A DNA stretch of 64,000 nt, taken from NCBI RefSeq assembly GCF_013122565.1, contig NZ_CP053258.1. One strand, 5' to 3'. A model generated the notes under the pieces. It searched no databases. It worked only from the letters and a program-made list of their open reading frames with translations, and had not been told where the DNA came from. This document shows positions 56,030-64,000 of the stretch, piece after piece (the stretch's first letter is position 1; each line of letters begins with the position of its first letter). The translations under genes and the position numbers were made by a program. This DNA comes from Escherichia coli (GTDB taxonomy: Bacteria > Pseudomonadota > Gammaproteobacteria > Enterobacterales > Enterobacteriaceae).

Positions 56030-59000
56030 AGCGCTCGCTCCGGGCAGGCGAAGCGTTGCAGTAGCCCACGGTTCACCGGGTCAAAATCCCGTCCTGCGGT
56101 GATTTCCAGCACCACCCGCCGCCCGTCAAAGCTATATTCAACCTGCTGTGTTCCCCGTACCGCCGTCTCCTGCGCGTTACCCGCATCCAGCAGGTGAAAC
56201 AGCGCCCACGGTCCGTTAGTCAGCAGCGTCGAGGTGTCCTGGCGGATGCGCGGGCTGGCGGTGATTTCCGCCATTGAGCCGTTGCGCGGCCCCGGCCAGT
56301 TCACTTTCAGCGGTCTGACCGGGCCGTGAGCGTAACGCAGCACCTGACCGTCGATATCAATCACCAGTTCAGTGATTGCAGGGTCCATATCCACGACGCG
56401 GACCTGCATCGCCCAGGAAAACTTTTTCCCGCCTTCACCGTTAAAAAAAACGCTGCGGATCTGTTTCGCCTCCTGAAACGGCGTCAGGTCCGGCCCCTGT
56501 AAGGTCATGTTGCCTTCGGTCGGTTTGTAGCGCCACGGGTTGCTGGCGGTGTCCGCCAGCGGGGCCAGTTGCTTCGTCCAGAACGCATCCAGCACACCGC
56601 CGCTGGCAAAGATATGGTTAAAATCGTCCGCGCTGACCTCCTGCGGGCTGTCGGTAAAGGGGTAGCGCCCGTCAATAGCATCACGGCACTCATCGCCAAT
56701 CACCGCTTCCATCTGCGCGTTCAGCACTTCACCGGTGCCGGCGTTGATTTTGCGCGTTCCCTGCTGCGTGAGATCCAGCAAAATATTTTTCAGCGGTGCG
56801 GGCAGTTTTGCCGCCTCCAGTTGCAGTTTATCCGCCGCCGAAATACGGCCAGGTAATGTGCTCGCTGCCAGCGCGCTGTCGGCGATGGTGAGCTGGGTGT
56901 AATATTCATTGAGCATTGTCAGCAGCGAATTTAACTGCGGCGCGCCACCAGTCTGCCCGCTGTCTGTCCGCCCGGAAACCACTTCCCGCAAGGCGGCGAA
57001 ACGGTCATCCACCAGTGATTTCTCCAGCCGCTCTTCCGGGTGGATGTCCTGTAACAGCTTTGCCGTCTGCCCCGCTTTTCCCACATTGCCGGAGAGCCGG
57101 TCCTGCGCACGCTGGGCCATCTGCTTTTGTCTGGCCTGCGCATCCAGCGGCGGCACCAGCGTGGTCTGCTCCACCACCGCTTTACTCAGGCGCATCAGCG
57201 GGGAATCCGGCGAGGCCAGGGTACGCAGCACCTGAAGGTCATACGCCAGCCCGGGACTGCCGTCTTCCCCGGCACTGTTGATGCTGTGAATACTTGCCAG
57301 AAAATCCTGCCAGCGGCGGGCATATTCAGCCAGGTACAGGCGGCGTACCTCACGGGTAACCGGGAGTTCCTGCCCCGGCAACTGGCTCATCACAATATCC
57401 GTTGTTTTTTTTTGCGCGTTTTCCCGGCCCATCACCCAGGCATCGTCCGCTGATGCGGCTGCGACAAACTCCGACAGCCGTTTGTCGAACAGTTCCCGGT
57501 AGCCTTCGCGAGTGAAGATGCCGGGCACGCCCCTATCCAGCGGCGCGCCATCCGTGCGGACAAAAACCGTTCCCGCATCCGCGCCCACAGCGCGAACCAG
57601 CGAAAACTCCTGCGGTGCTTCGCTCTCCATGGAAGCCAGGGCTCGAGTGTAGATACGCTCGGTGCTGGTATGGCCGTCAAGGAAGGCTCGCGCCTGGCGG
57701 ATCAGCCCCTCATCTTTTTCCCAGGGCGAATGCACCACGCGGCTGCCGTCAAACAGGGCATCGATATGCTCCAGCACGGCGGCGCGACCGCCGAACTCCG
57801 CCACGCTGTCGCGGTTGTCCAGGTCGTTCAGCACCCAGGCGTGGATCTCCGCCGCGTTGTATTTATCCTCGTGGTCCTTATCGAGGTTCAGCAACAGATA
57901 AACATGCAGGGCGTCATAGGCGGCTTTGCTGTCCTGACGCGCAATCGCATCCGAAAGCACGTATTCCATGCGTTTCACCAGCGGTGGCAGCAGTAACTGG
58001 TCCAGCAGGCGGTCATACAGGGATGCGACGCTCTCCATCACCGGCGGAACGCTGTAAAGACCATAACGCCAGGCCAGCGGCGGCGAGTCCGGGTCCAGTC
58101 CCGGCCAGGCAGAGAGCGCCCGTGCCTGGTTCAGCAGGGCCGGAACAGGCTGCATAGCAGGTTTTCCGGTATAGGCTTTGACATCACCATCCAGTTGGGT
58201 CGTCCGGCTGGCGATTTCATTCAGATAACCGCTGTTACCCTGCTGGCTGCCCTGCATTCCCTGCCACAACCAGAAAGCCAGCGCCAGTACCAGCAGATGC
58301 CCGCCAGTGCGCAGCAGGCGGTAACGCCAGGCCCACTGAAGGTTCGGCTCCACCAGGTGCGCTTCGCGGAAGATAAACTGCGTCAGTAGATCGTGCAGGA
58401 AATAGCTGCGGTTGCCGTCCGGCAGGGTATGGGATGGGGAATCAGCCTTCCCTTTGATAGCACGGACAAAACGCTGCCAGATGCCCGTCTTGTCAGCCAC
58501 GGCGTCTGCCTGCGCCTGCGCGGCGCTGGTAAAAAATACGCCGCGCAGGGTGTTGTTAAGCTGGGTGGCGTCAAATTTTGAATCGAGGAAAATCTGCTCA
58601 ATGGCTTCCAGCAGCGGCGCACCCAGCGCGGCAAATTCACGCGGGAAGCGATAGAGCCGCTGGCGGCTTTTAAGGTCGTACTCTTCCTGCAACCGGGTAT
58701 CCAGCCCCTGATCCAGCCGCAGGGTCAGGTTTGCCAGTTCCTGGCTACAGAGCGCATGCAGCGACTGCGGATCGCTGGCGTGACGCCTGCGGCTGTATGG
58801 CAGAGTAAAGCCCCAGACCTGGGCGCGCAGGTGGCTGGTCAGCCCGTGGAAATACTCCGTAAAGCCCGGCAGCAGATCCATCTTGGTGACAACCAGATAG
58901 ACCGGAAAACGAATACCCAGCGTCTCCCGCAGTTCCGCCAGCCGCGCACGCAGGGCCGCACAGGCAGCCAGCCGTTCCGCCGGGGACTGCGCAGTCAGAT

Positions 59001-59892
59001 CCGCCACGTTCAGCGTCAGGATCACGCCGTTGAGCGGTGCGCCGGGGCGGTGTTTACGCAGCAGTCCCAGAAACCCGTGCCACTCCCCGGCGTTGCGCTG
59101 GGTCGCGCTGATTTCGCCACCGTCATCGTGACGGGCATAGCGCCCGGCGGTGTCAATAAGCACTGCTTCGTTGGTAAACCACCAGTCGCAATGCAGCGTT
59201 CCGCCGCCCGGCACGGTGAGGATATGCGCGGTTTGCTCCATCTGCTCCGCCAGCGGAAACTGCAATCCGGTGTTGAGCAGTGCTGTGGTTTTACCGTCGC
59301 CGGGGCTACCGATAACCATGAACCAAGGCAGTTCGTACAGAAAACGTTTTCCTTCCAGTACGTTACGCCAGCCCGGCAGGTCTACGCGCAGCTGTTTCAG
59401 TTGCCGAATAGCGCGAGTGACAATATGGCTGACGGTGCGTAAGTCGGCTTTAATTTCCCCGGCCACCGGTACGTCTTCCCCGCGCGGATGCAGGAAACGG
59501 CGCAGCAGTTGTTCGTCCAGACGCAGCGCCCGCCACAGCCGGTACAGGCCATACAGCGCATAAGACAGAAGGATCAGGCCGATAAGCGTCAGACGCAGCC
59601 ACAGCGGCGCAAATGGATGAACATCACCGAAAGCCAGCAACGGTGAGACAAAGCCGATAACCAGGCACAGAACCGTAACGCCAATGATGCTCATAGACCA
59701 GTTAACCAGCCACAGTGCGAGGAACATCAGTAACAGAACGATGGTGACTAACCGACTTCCCACGGACGCGAGTGGATGCAGGGTGTCAAACGCGACCAGC
59801 GGCCCAATAAACCAGACCAGCAACGCCAGCATTACCAGGCCAACAATGGCCAGCGCGCGGCGGGAAAACAGCATACTGAGAAATTTTTGCAT
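56026..59892 (-). CDS. tssM: T6SS membrane core protein TssM (IcmF-like)
   Basis: 1288 aa; N-terminal TM helices, Walker A GSPGDGKTT, large periplasmic C-terminal region; GC-rich. Confidence 0.9.
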   Translation of the reverse strand: MQKFLSMLFSRRALAIVGLVMLALLVWFIGPLVAFDTLHPLASVGSRLVTIVLLLMFLALWLVNWSMSIIGVTVLCLVIGFVSPLLAFGDVHPFAPLWLRLTLIGLILLSYALYGLYRLWRALRLDEQLLRRFLHPRGEDVPVAGEIKADLRTVSHIVTRAIRQLKQLRVDLPGWRNVLEGKRFLYELPWFMVIGSPGDGKTTALLNTGLQFPLAEQMEQTAHILTVPGGGTLHCDWWFTNEAVLIDTAGRYARHDDGGEISATQRNAGEWHGFLGLLRKHRPGAPLNGVILTLNVADLTAQSPAERLAACAALRARLAELRETLGIRFPVYLVVTKMDLLPGFTEYFHGLTSHLRAQVWGFTLPYSRRRHASDPQSLHALCSQELANLTLRLDQGLDTRLQEEYDLKSRQRLYRFPREFAALGAPLLEAIEQIFLDSKFDATQLNNTLRGVFFTSAAQAQADAVADKTGIWQRFVRAIKGKADSPSHTLPDGNRSYFLHDLLTQFIFREAHLVEPNLQWAWRYRLLRTGGHLLVLALAFWLWQGMQGSQQGNSGYLNEIASRTTQLDGDVKAYTGKPAMQPVPALLNQARALSAWPGLDPDSPPLAWRYGLYSVPPVMESVASLYDRLLDQLLLPPLVKRMEYVLSDAIARQDSKAAYDALHVYLLLNLDKDHEDKYNAAEIHAWVLNDLDNRDSVAEFGGRAAVLEHIDALFDGSRVVHSPWEKDEGLIRQARAFLDGHTSTERIYTRALASMESEAPQEFSLVRAVGADAGTVFVRTDGAPLDRGVPGIFTREGYRELFDKRLSEFVAAASADDAWVMGRENAQKKTTDIVMSQLPGQELPVTREVRRLYLAEYARRWQDFLASIHSINSAGEDGSPGLAYDLQVLRTLASPDSPLMRLSKAVVEQTTLVPPLDAQARQKQMAQRAQDRLSGNVGKAGQTAKLLQDIHPEERLEKSLVDDRFAALREVVSGRTDSGQTGGAPQLNSLLTMLNEYYTQLTIADSALAASTLPGRISAADKLQLEAAKLPAPLKNILLDLTQQGTRKINAGTGEVLNAQMEAVIGDECRDAIDGRYPFTDSPQEVSADDFNHIFASGGVLDAFWTKQLAPLADTASNPWRYKPTEGNMTLQGPDLTPFQEAKQIRSVFFNGEGGKKFSWAMQVRVVDMDPAITELVIDIDGQVLRYAHGPVRPLKVNWPGPRNGSMAEITASPRIRQDTSTLLTNGPWALFHLLDAGNAQETAVRGTQQVEYSFDGRRVVLEITAGRDFDPVNRGLLQRFACPERAL

Positions 59893-60179
59893 TATTGTTC
59901 AGAACTCCATGCGATAATCAGTAATAGCAAAATGCCGCAAGCTGAAAAAATCCTTCCAGTACGGGCTACTGAAAGAAAATAAAGAGCAATCTGAACAATT
60001 ATCAAAATAAAATAAATCAACATTTTGATTATTTCTCTGTTCCCATTTCCCTGAGGCAACGTTGTCATTGAAGGATCCATATCCTGCATCCATTGATACT
60101 CATTCCCGGAAAAAAGCATGATGATGATCAGACCCATAATGAATAACAACCATCCTGATATCTGAATTATTCTTCTCAC
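59892..60179 (-). CDS. Small polytopic membrane protein (95 aa), candidate immunity/accessory protein
   Basis: Two to three hydrophobic helices (WLLFIMGLIIIMLF, IYFILIIVQIALYFL, ACGILLLLIIAW); AT-rich; stop overlaps the tssM start. Confidence 0.5.
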   Translation of the reverse strand: MRRIIQISGWLLFIMGLIIIMLFSGNEYQWMQDMDPSMTTLPQGNGNREIIKMLIYFILIIVQIALYFLSVARTGRIFSACGILLLLIIAWSSEQ

Positions 60180-60187
60180 GAAGACTC

Positions 60188-60871
60188 CTAATGGGCGATG
60201 AGTAAATTAGAGAAATGCAACCAGTTGTTGACAATAAAATTGCCATAGCTGGTATCTTCCTTTATTTTCTCCAGAGTAAGCGACATACCCCGGTTATAAC
60301 GGGCACCAATAATTCTTATCTGCTCTTTCGTCAGGTGTGGTAAGGAGGACTGAAATTCATCTCTTTCAGCTAATTTATAAATATGTCTGGCCACAAGTTG
60401 AATATTAAAAATATCATGCTGGAGGCAATTTGCCAGTTCACGCAATTGAGAGGTATCCATTTTTGACTCATCAAGCCCAAGCGTTCTGGCTGCGGTTCGC
60501 AATTGCATACTCACTGCACCAAAAGATGTTTTTTCTGGTCTCGAAGTTATTGTGATATGTTCATCAATCCACTCAGGCCCACTCCAGTCAATAGTCCGAG
60601 CATCAAATGCCAGCATATCTACAATACTGGGATCCCCCCCGACTTCTATCCAACACACACCTGCCAGTAAAGGTGCTGGCAAATTATATGTATTGGCAGC
60701 CGACGTTATCAGAAGATGGTTATGTTTTACCCAGCCATCTTTGAAATAACGCCCAAACGGTACACCACCGCCCCATTTTTTTGGCGCTAATTTCCAGAAA
60801 AGAAATTCGGTCACGCCCCATACCGGTGAATGATTCGATGCATTGCAGTCCAGATTATTCATTTTTCTCAC
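60188..60871 (-). CDS. Unknown 227-aa protein inserted between tssL and tssM (candidate effector or peptidoglycan-remodelling accessory protein)
   Basis: AT-rich (~40% GC) in a GC-rich operon; contains LLAGVCWIEVGG and FGAVSMQLRTA, loosely reminiscent of lytic transglycosylase / Cys-hydrolase motifs; no confident family assignment. Confidence 0.5.
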   Translation of the reverse strand: MRKMNNLDCNASNHSPVWGVTEFLFWKLAPKKWGGGVPFGRYFKDGWVKHNHLLITSAANTYNLPAPLLAGVCWIEVGGDPSIVDMLAFDARTIDWSGPEWIDEHITITSRPEKTSFGAVSMQLRTAARTLGLDESKMDTSQLRELANCLQHDIFNIQLVARHIYKLAERDEFQSSLPHLTKEQIRIIGARYNRGMSLTLEKIKEDTSYGNFIVNNWLHFSNLLIAH

Positions 60872-62184
60872 TCCACCACCAGAATTTCCACCCGACGGTT
60901 CTGCGCCCGTCCGGTTTTAGTGCTGTTATCGGCCACCGGTACGGTATCTCCTTTCCCGACGACCCGAATCCGGCTGACCGGAACACCACCGGACGTCAGC
61001 AGTGAAGCCACTTCCGTCGCCCGTTTTTCCGACAACACCTGGTTGGAGGGGAATTCAGCGGAGTGGATCGGCTGACTGTCGGTGTGTCCGGTCACCGTCA
61101 CCGCGCCGCCCACACGCGCAATCTCTCGCGCGGCCTTATCAATCACCGGGCTTAGCGCATCATTCACGGTTTTCTGCCCTGGTATAAACATCGTATCGCC
61201 ACGAAAGATTACACGGCTGTGATGGTCATCTTCCTCCACCGTCAGCAGGCCACGGGCGATTTCGTTCGCCAGCAGGATTTTCAGCCGCAGTTTATGCACT
61301 GGAACGGGTGGCGGCGGTAGATTTTTACCAATGGCGTCGATACGCTGTTGTACGGTTTCGGTAGCGAGGTTCATCCGGTGGCTGTAAAGGCCAAACAGCG
61401 TCAGCATCACCAGCAGAGCGATTCCGGCGCTCAGCCAGACCGGCACCCGGCGCATCCGCCGCATTCGCCCACTGACGGCACCGGCAAAACCCGGCGAGAG
61501 CATCGGCGTGATTGGATCGCGACGCTGGACCAGTTGAGTCAGCAGTTGCTGACGGATATCGTCCAGTTGCTTACGCCCGTCAGGCCGTACACTGTAGCGG
61601 CCTTCAAAACCCAGCCCCAGAATGTGGTAGATGATCTCCAGTACATCGTTGTGCTCCTGGAAGCTTGCGGCCAGACGCCCAATTATCTGAAACAGCTTGA
61701 TGCCGCCTTCACTTTCGCCATGAAAAGTGACCAGCAGGCTTTTTCCAGCCCAGACACCGCGCCGTCCCCAGGTGGTGTTGTTGGCGGCTTCGTCCAGCGA
61801 AGTGCATAGGCAATAACGCACAGCCAGCACATGTTCGCGGCGAAGGTTTGCTTGATCGCATAACGTCTGATATCGACGAACTTCACGCTCCAGTAGGGCG
61901 CGATAATGTTCGACAAAACCAGGGGATAGTTCACGGGGCATTTGCGCCAGCGCGCATAACAGAGGGCTGGCCGCCGCCAGGAGAGGATTCACAGCACCAG
62001 TGATCTCAGCCAAACGGAGCTTCAAATCTGGCCCGTCTTCAACCACCACCTTTATATCTTCCCTGCGAAGGCTGTCCTGGATGAGCGTATCGTAACCTTC
62101 ATTATCAGGCGACCTTGTTCCCTTCATTGAAGTCTGTAATGGCAGAGTATTCACCGCAGGTTGCGTCAGAATATCGTCGGTCAT
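60868..62184 (-). CDS. tssL: T6SS membrane protein TssL (DotU-like) with C-terminal OmpA-like peptidoglycan-binding extension
   Basis: 438 aa; DotU-like N-terminal domain, TM helix (VWLSAGIALLVMLTLFGL), C-terminal OmpA-like domain (VTVTGHTDSQPIHSAEFPSNQVLSEKRATEVASLL...NRRVEILVVE). Confidence 0.85.
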   Translation of the reverse strand: MTDDILTQPAVNTLPLQTSMKGTRSPDNEGYDTLIQDSLRREDIKVVVEDGPDLKLRLAEITGAVNPLLAAASPLLCALAQMPRELSPGFVEHYRALLEREVRRYQTLCDQANLRREHVLAVRYCLCTSLDEAANNTTWGRRGVWAGKSLLVTFHGESEGGIKLFQIIGRLAASFQEHNDVLEIIYHILGLGFEGRYSVRPDGRKQLDDIRQQLLTQLVQRRDPITPMLSPGFAGAVSGRMRRMRRVPVWLSAGIALLVMLTLFGLYSHRMNLATETVQQRIDAIGKNLPPPPVPVHKLRLKILLANEIARGLLTVEEDDHHSRVIFRGDTMFIPGQKTVNDALSPVIDKAAREIARVGGAVTVTGHTDSQPIHSAEFPSNQVLSEKRATEVASLLTSGGVPVSRIRVVGKGDTVPVADNSTKTGRAQNRRVEILVVE

Positions 62185-63524
62185 TTATCGCGAACTCCCC
62201 ACAGCTCCAGCTCCAGGCCTGGAAACTCTCCGGCGGTATGCATTGCCATACCGCCATAGCGGGCGATATGTTCCCACAACACGCCGTCGCGGCGGATGTC
62301 GTAATAGATGTAACCGGACTGAAACGGGATCTGACGCGGTGGCACTGGCAGCACCTGTAGAACAAGACCAGGAAGGTGCGAGCGAATTAGTTCCGGCAGG
62401 CGTTCTGACGGCCCTATTTTGGTCTGAGCCGAAAAATGTTGTAGTAAGGTGTCGGCGGACATCTGTGCCTTCACCGCCAATACTAACGAGCTGAAATCTG
62501 ACAGTTCGGTAGGTTCAACCACCGCATTGAGAATACCGTAAATTCCCTCTTCCAGAGGGATTCGCTGCGCCCCACGTATTAGCACAGCATTCAGCAGATA
62601 CTGAACCTCGTCCACTACCGATTTCAGCCCGGCATAGGGCGTCAAATGCTTATATTCTTTATATTCTTCCGGACGGCGTGTTTGCGGGCGCACGTAGGTA
62701 GAGAGTTCTCCGGCAAGTGCGCAGAGGTTACGATACAGCACCTCAGGCGACAGCGGTGTTTTCGACATATGGATCAGTAAGGGGCCGAAACGATTAAGAA
62801 CTTGCAGAAGCAGGTAATCAGACACTTCCGCCGCTTCATGACCGTGTTTGTCGCTCCCCGTCAATCGTTCCGCCAGTGAATTTGCACGCATTTTTATCAG
62901 ATCGTTAATCCACGATAGCCAGGTACATATCAGCGTACTGGCCTGGTAGTTCGCCACTGGCGGGATCAACTCTTTGTCTATATCGACCCGACCATCGGGA
63001 TGCAGCGCCGTGATGCGTGTCAGCGGCAGGCCGATCCACGCGTCTGTCACCGCCTTTTCCGGTAATAGTCGCAAGCGTAGGTGGCTAAGTTGCAGCAGTT
63101 GCGCGCCGCGCCCTAGCGAATTGGCATCACGGATTTCATTTTCATGCACCGAAAAGCGTGCCAGTGATTCAGGGTTATTGTCGAAGCTTGTTTCTTCACT
63201 GTTCGGCGTACGTATTGGCACAGCCAGATAAATCAACTGGTTAAGATGTTCTGGAAGGATGGTCAGAGGCGGCGGGAGTGGTGTGTGACCCGGCGCATTA
63301 AAAGGAGTACCGTCAGCAAATACTCCGGAAGCCTTTGTAAGTACCAGTTTTCCGATGTTCAGCGCCTCACTACCAATTCCATACTCATTGAACCCCCAGA
63401 AAAAAGGTGAAAGAGGCAAACTGCGATAATGAATGACATGTTCCAGATAGCGTTCCTGCTGCTGAAACATCTGTGGCAGCAAAAATTGTCCTTCACTCCA
63501 GACCACCCGGTTATTCCAACTCAT
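62181..63524 (-). CDS. tssK: T6SS baseplate protein TssK
   Basis: 447 aa, MSWNNRVVWSEGQFLLPQMFQQQERY... typical TssK N-terminus. Confidence 0.9.
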   Translation of the reverse strand: MSWNNRVVWSEGQFLLPQMFQQQERYLEHVIHYRSLPLSPFFWGFNEYGIGSEALNIGKLVLTKASGVFADGTPFNAPGHTPLPPPLTILPEHLNQLIYLAVPIRTPNSEETSFDNNPESLARFSVHENEIRDANSLGRGAQLLQLSHLRLRLLPEKAVTDAWIGLPLTRITALHPDGRVDIDKELIPPVANYQASTLICTWLSWINDLIKMRANSLAERLTGSDKHGHEAAEVSDYLLLQVLNRFGPLLIHMSKTPLSPEVLYRNLCALAGELSTYVRPQTRRPEEYKEYKHLTPYAGLKSVVDEVQYLLNAVLIRGAQRIPLEEGIYGILNAVVEPTELSDFSSLVLAVKAQMSADTLLQHFSAQTKIGPSERLPELIRSHLPGLVLQVLPVPPRQIPFQSGYIYYDIRRDGVLWEHIARYGGMAMHTAGEFPGLELELWGVRDK

Positions 63525-63527
63525 AAT

Positions 63528-64000
63528 TTACTCATCCCGTTCTTTAATCACTATGGCGCTTTGCTCTATGCCAGCATCCAGTTCGACTTTTTTCTTCGGC
63601 ATAAAGCGGCTGTACCAACTTTTTTCCGGTGGCTCAGGAATTTTATATGTAGCCCGCCAGACCGATTTTCCCAGATTGCGGTATCCGGCGAGGATCCCCA
63701 GCGTGGTGGTTTCCTTATTGAGGGCGCGGCGCAATTTTTTCTCCTCGCCCGGACGCAGGATAAAGCTGTCGCGGTGGAGTAAATCATCAGCAAGAACAGC
63801 CTTGTCATTGTCCTGAAGGGACCACCAGTCCGCCGCCGTGAAAGCTGCATCATTTTTCAGTTCATAAACGCGTATCTCTATGGGCGCGGCTTTTTTCTGA
63901 TTGTCAGGATTCACCTTATCGGAAGCCTTAATCACCAGATCGAGTCTTTGTGACATCAGGTCCGGCACGTCGTCGCTGTCAATGCTGCACCCGGAAAGCA
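63528..64000 (-). CDS. tssJ: T6SS outer-membrane lipoprotein TssJ (5' end off-window)
   Basis: Minus-strand frame continues past the window end through a lipobox (...LSGCSIDSDDVPDLMSQ...); the track ORF start MPDLMSQ is internal. Confidence 0.75.
   Translation of the reverse strand, partial: LSGCSIDSDDVPDLMSQRLDLVIKASDKVNPDNQKKAAPIEIRVYELKNDAAFTAADWWSLQDNDKAVLADDLLHRDSFILRPGEEKKLRRALNKETTTLGILAGYRNLGKSVWRATYKIPEPPEKSWYSRFMPKKKVELDAGIEQSAIVIKERDE

Noticed and set aside
56505-59563. Numerous 60-230 aa ORFs on both strands inside tssM (e.g. 58756..59442, 57615..58157, 56916..57281)
   Set aside because: GC-rich out-of-frame or antisense readings within a well-supported 1288-aa TssM ORF.

Overview
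This window reads as an Escherichia coli chromosomal segment, in reverse orientation relative to my memory of the K-12 map. It has three parts. (1) 1-11808: a thrW-proximal accessory region with an apparently intact EaeH/FdeC-like Big-domain adhesin (3' end off-window), an AT-rich spacer with small ORFs, an SDR/LysR pair, a yciG-yciF-yciE-Mn-catalase stress cluster, and a 5'-truncated, frameshifted integrase remnant abutting tRNA-Thr(CGU). (2) 11923-34347: conserved core genes proA, proB, phoE, crl, frsA, gpt, pepD, an intact RtcB-like/prfH pair, yafP, dinB (no yafNO between them), divergent lafU'/lfhA' Flag-2 remnants, a HicB-like RHH gene, yafL, dinJ-yafQ, yafK, yafJ, gmhA, fadE, ivy, yafV. 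(3) 34450-64000: a type VI secretion (T6SS) island on the minus strand with tssJ(partial)-tssK-tssL-[AT-rich two-gene insert]-tssM-tagF, three effector/immunity cassettes (one GH73-like glucosaminidase pair, two paralogous HExxH zincin-like pairs), a duplicated vgrG 5' segment, vgrG, an EagR-like chaperone, a prePAAR-TMD-PAAR Rhs effector with a deaminase-like C-terminal domain and immunity gene, four orphan rhs C-terminal toxin/immunity modules, and two SymE-like gene copies on the opposite strand. The most interesting candidates are the two HExxH effector/immunity cassettes, the deaminase-like Rhs tip, and the orphan toxin array; I do not recognise the HExxH pair as a named effector family. 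All domain assignments are from reading motifs by eye; no database search was run. Coordinates of non-track features (tRNA, hairpins, boxes, small ORFs) were counted by hand and may be off by 1-2 nt.
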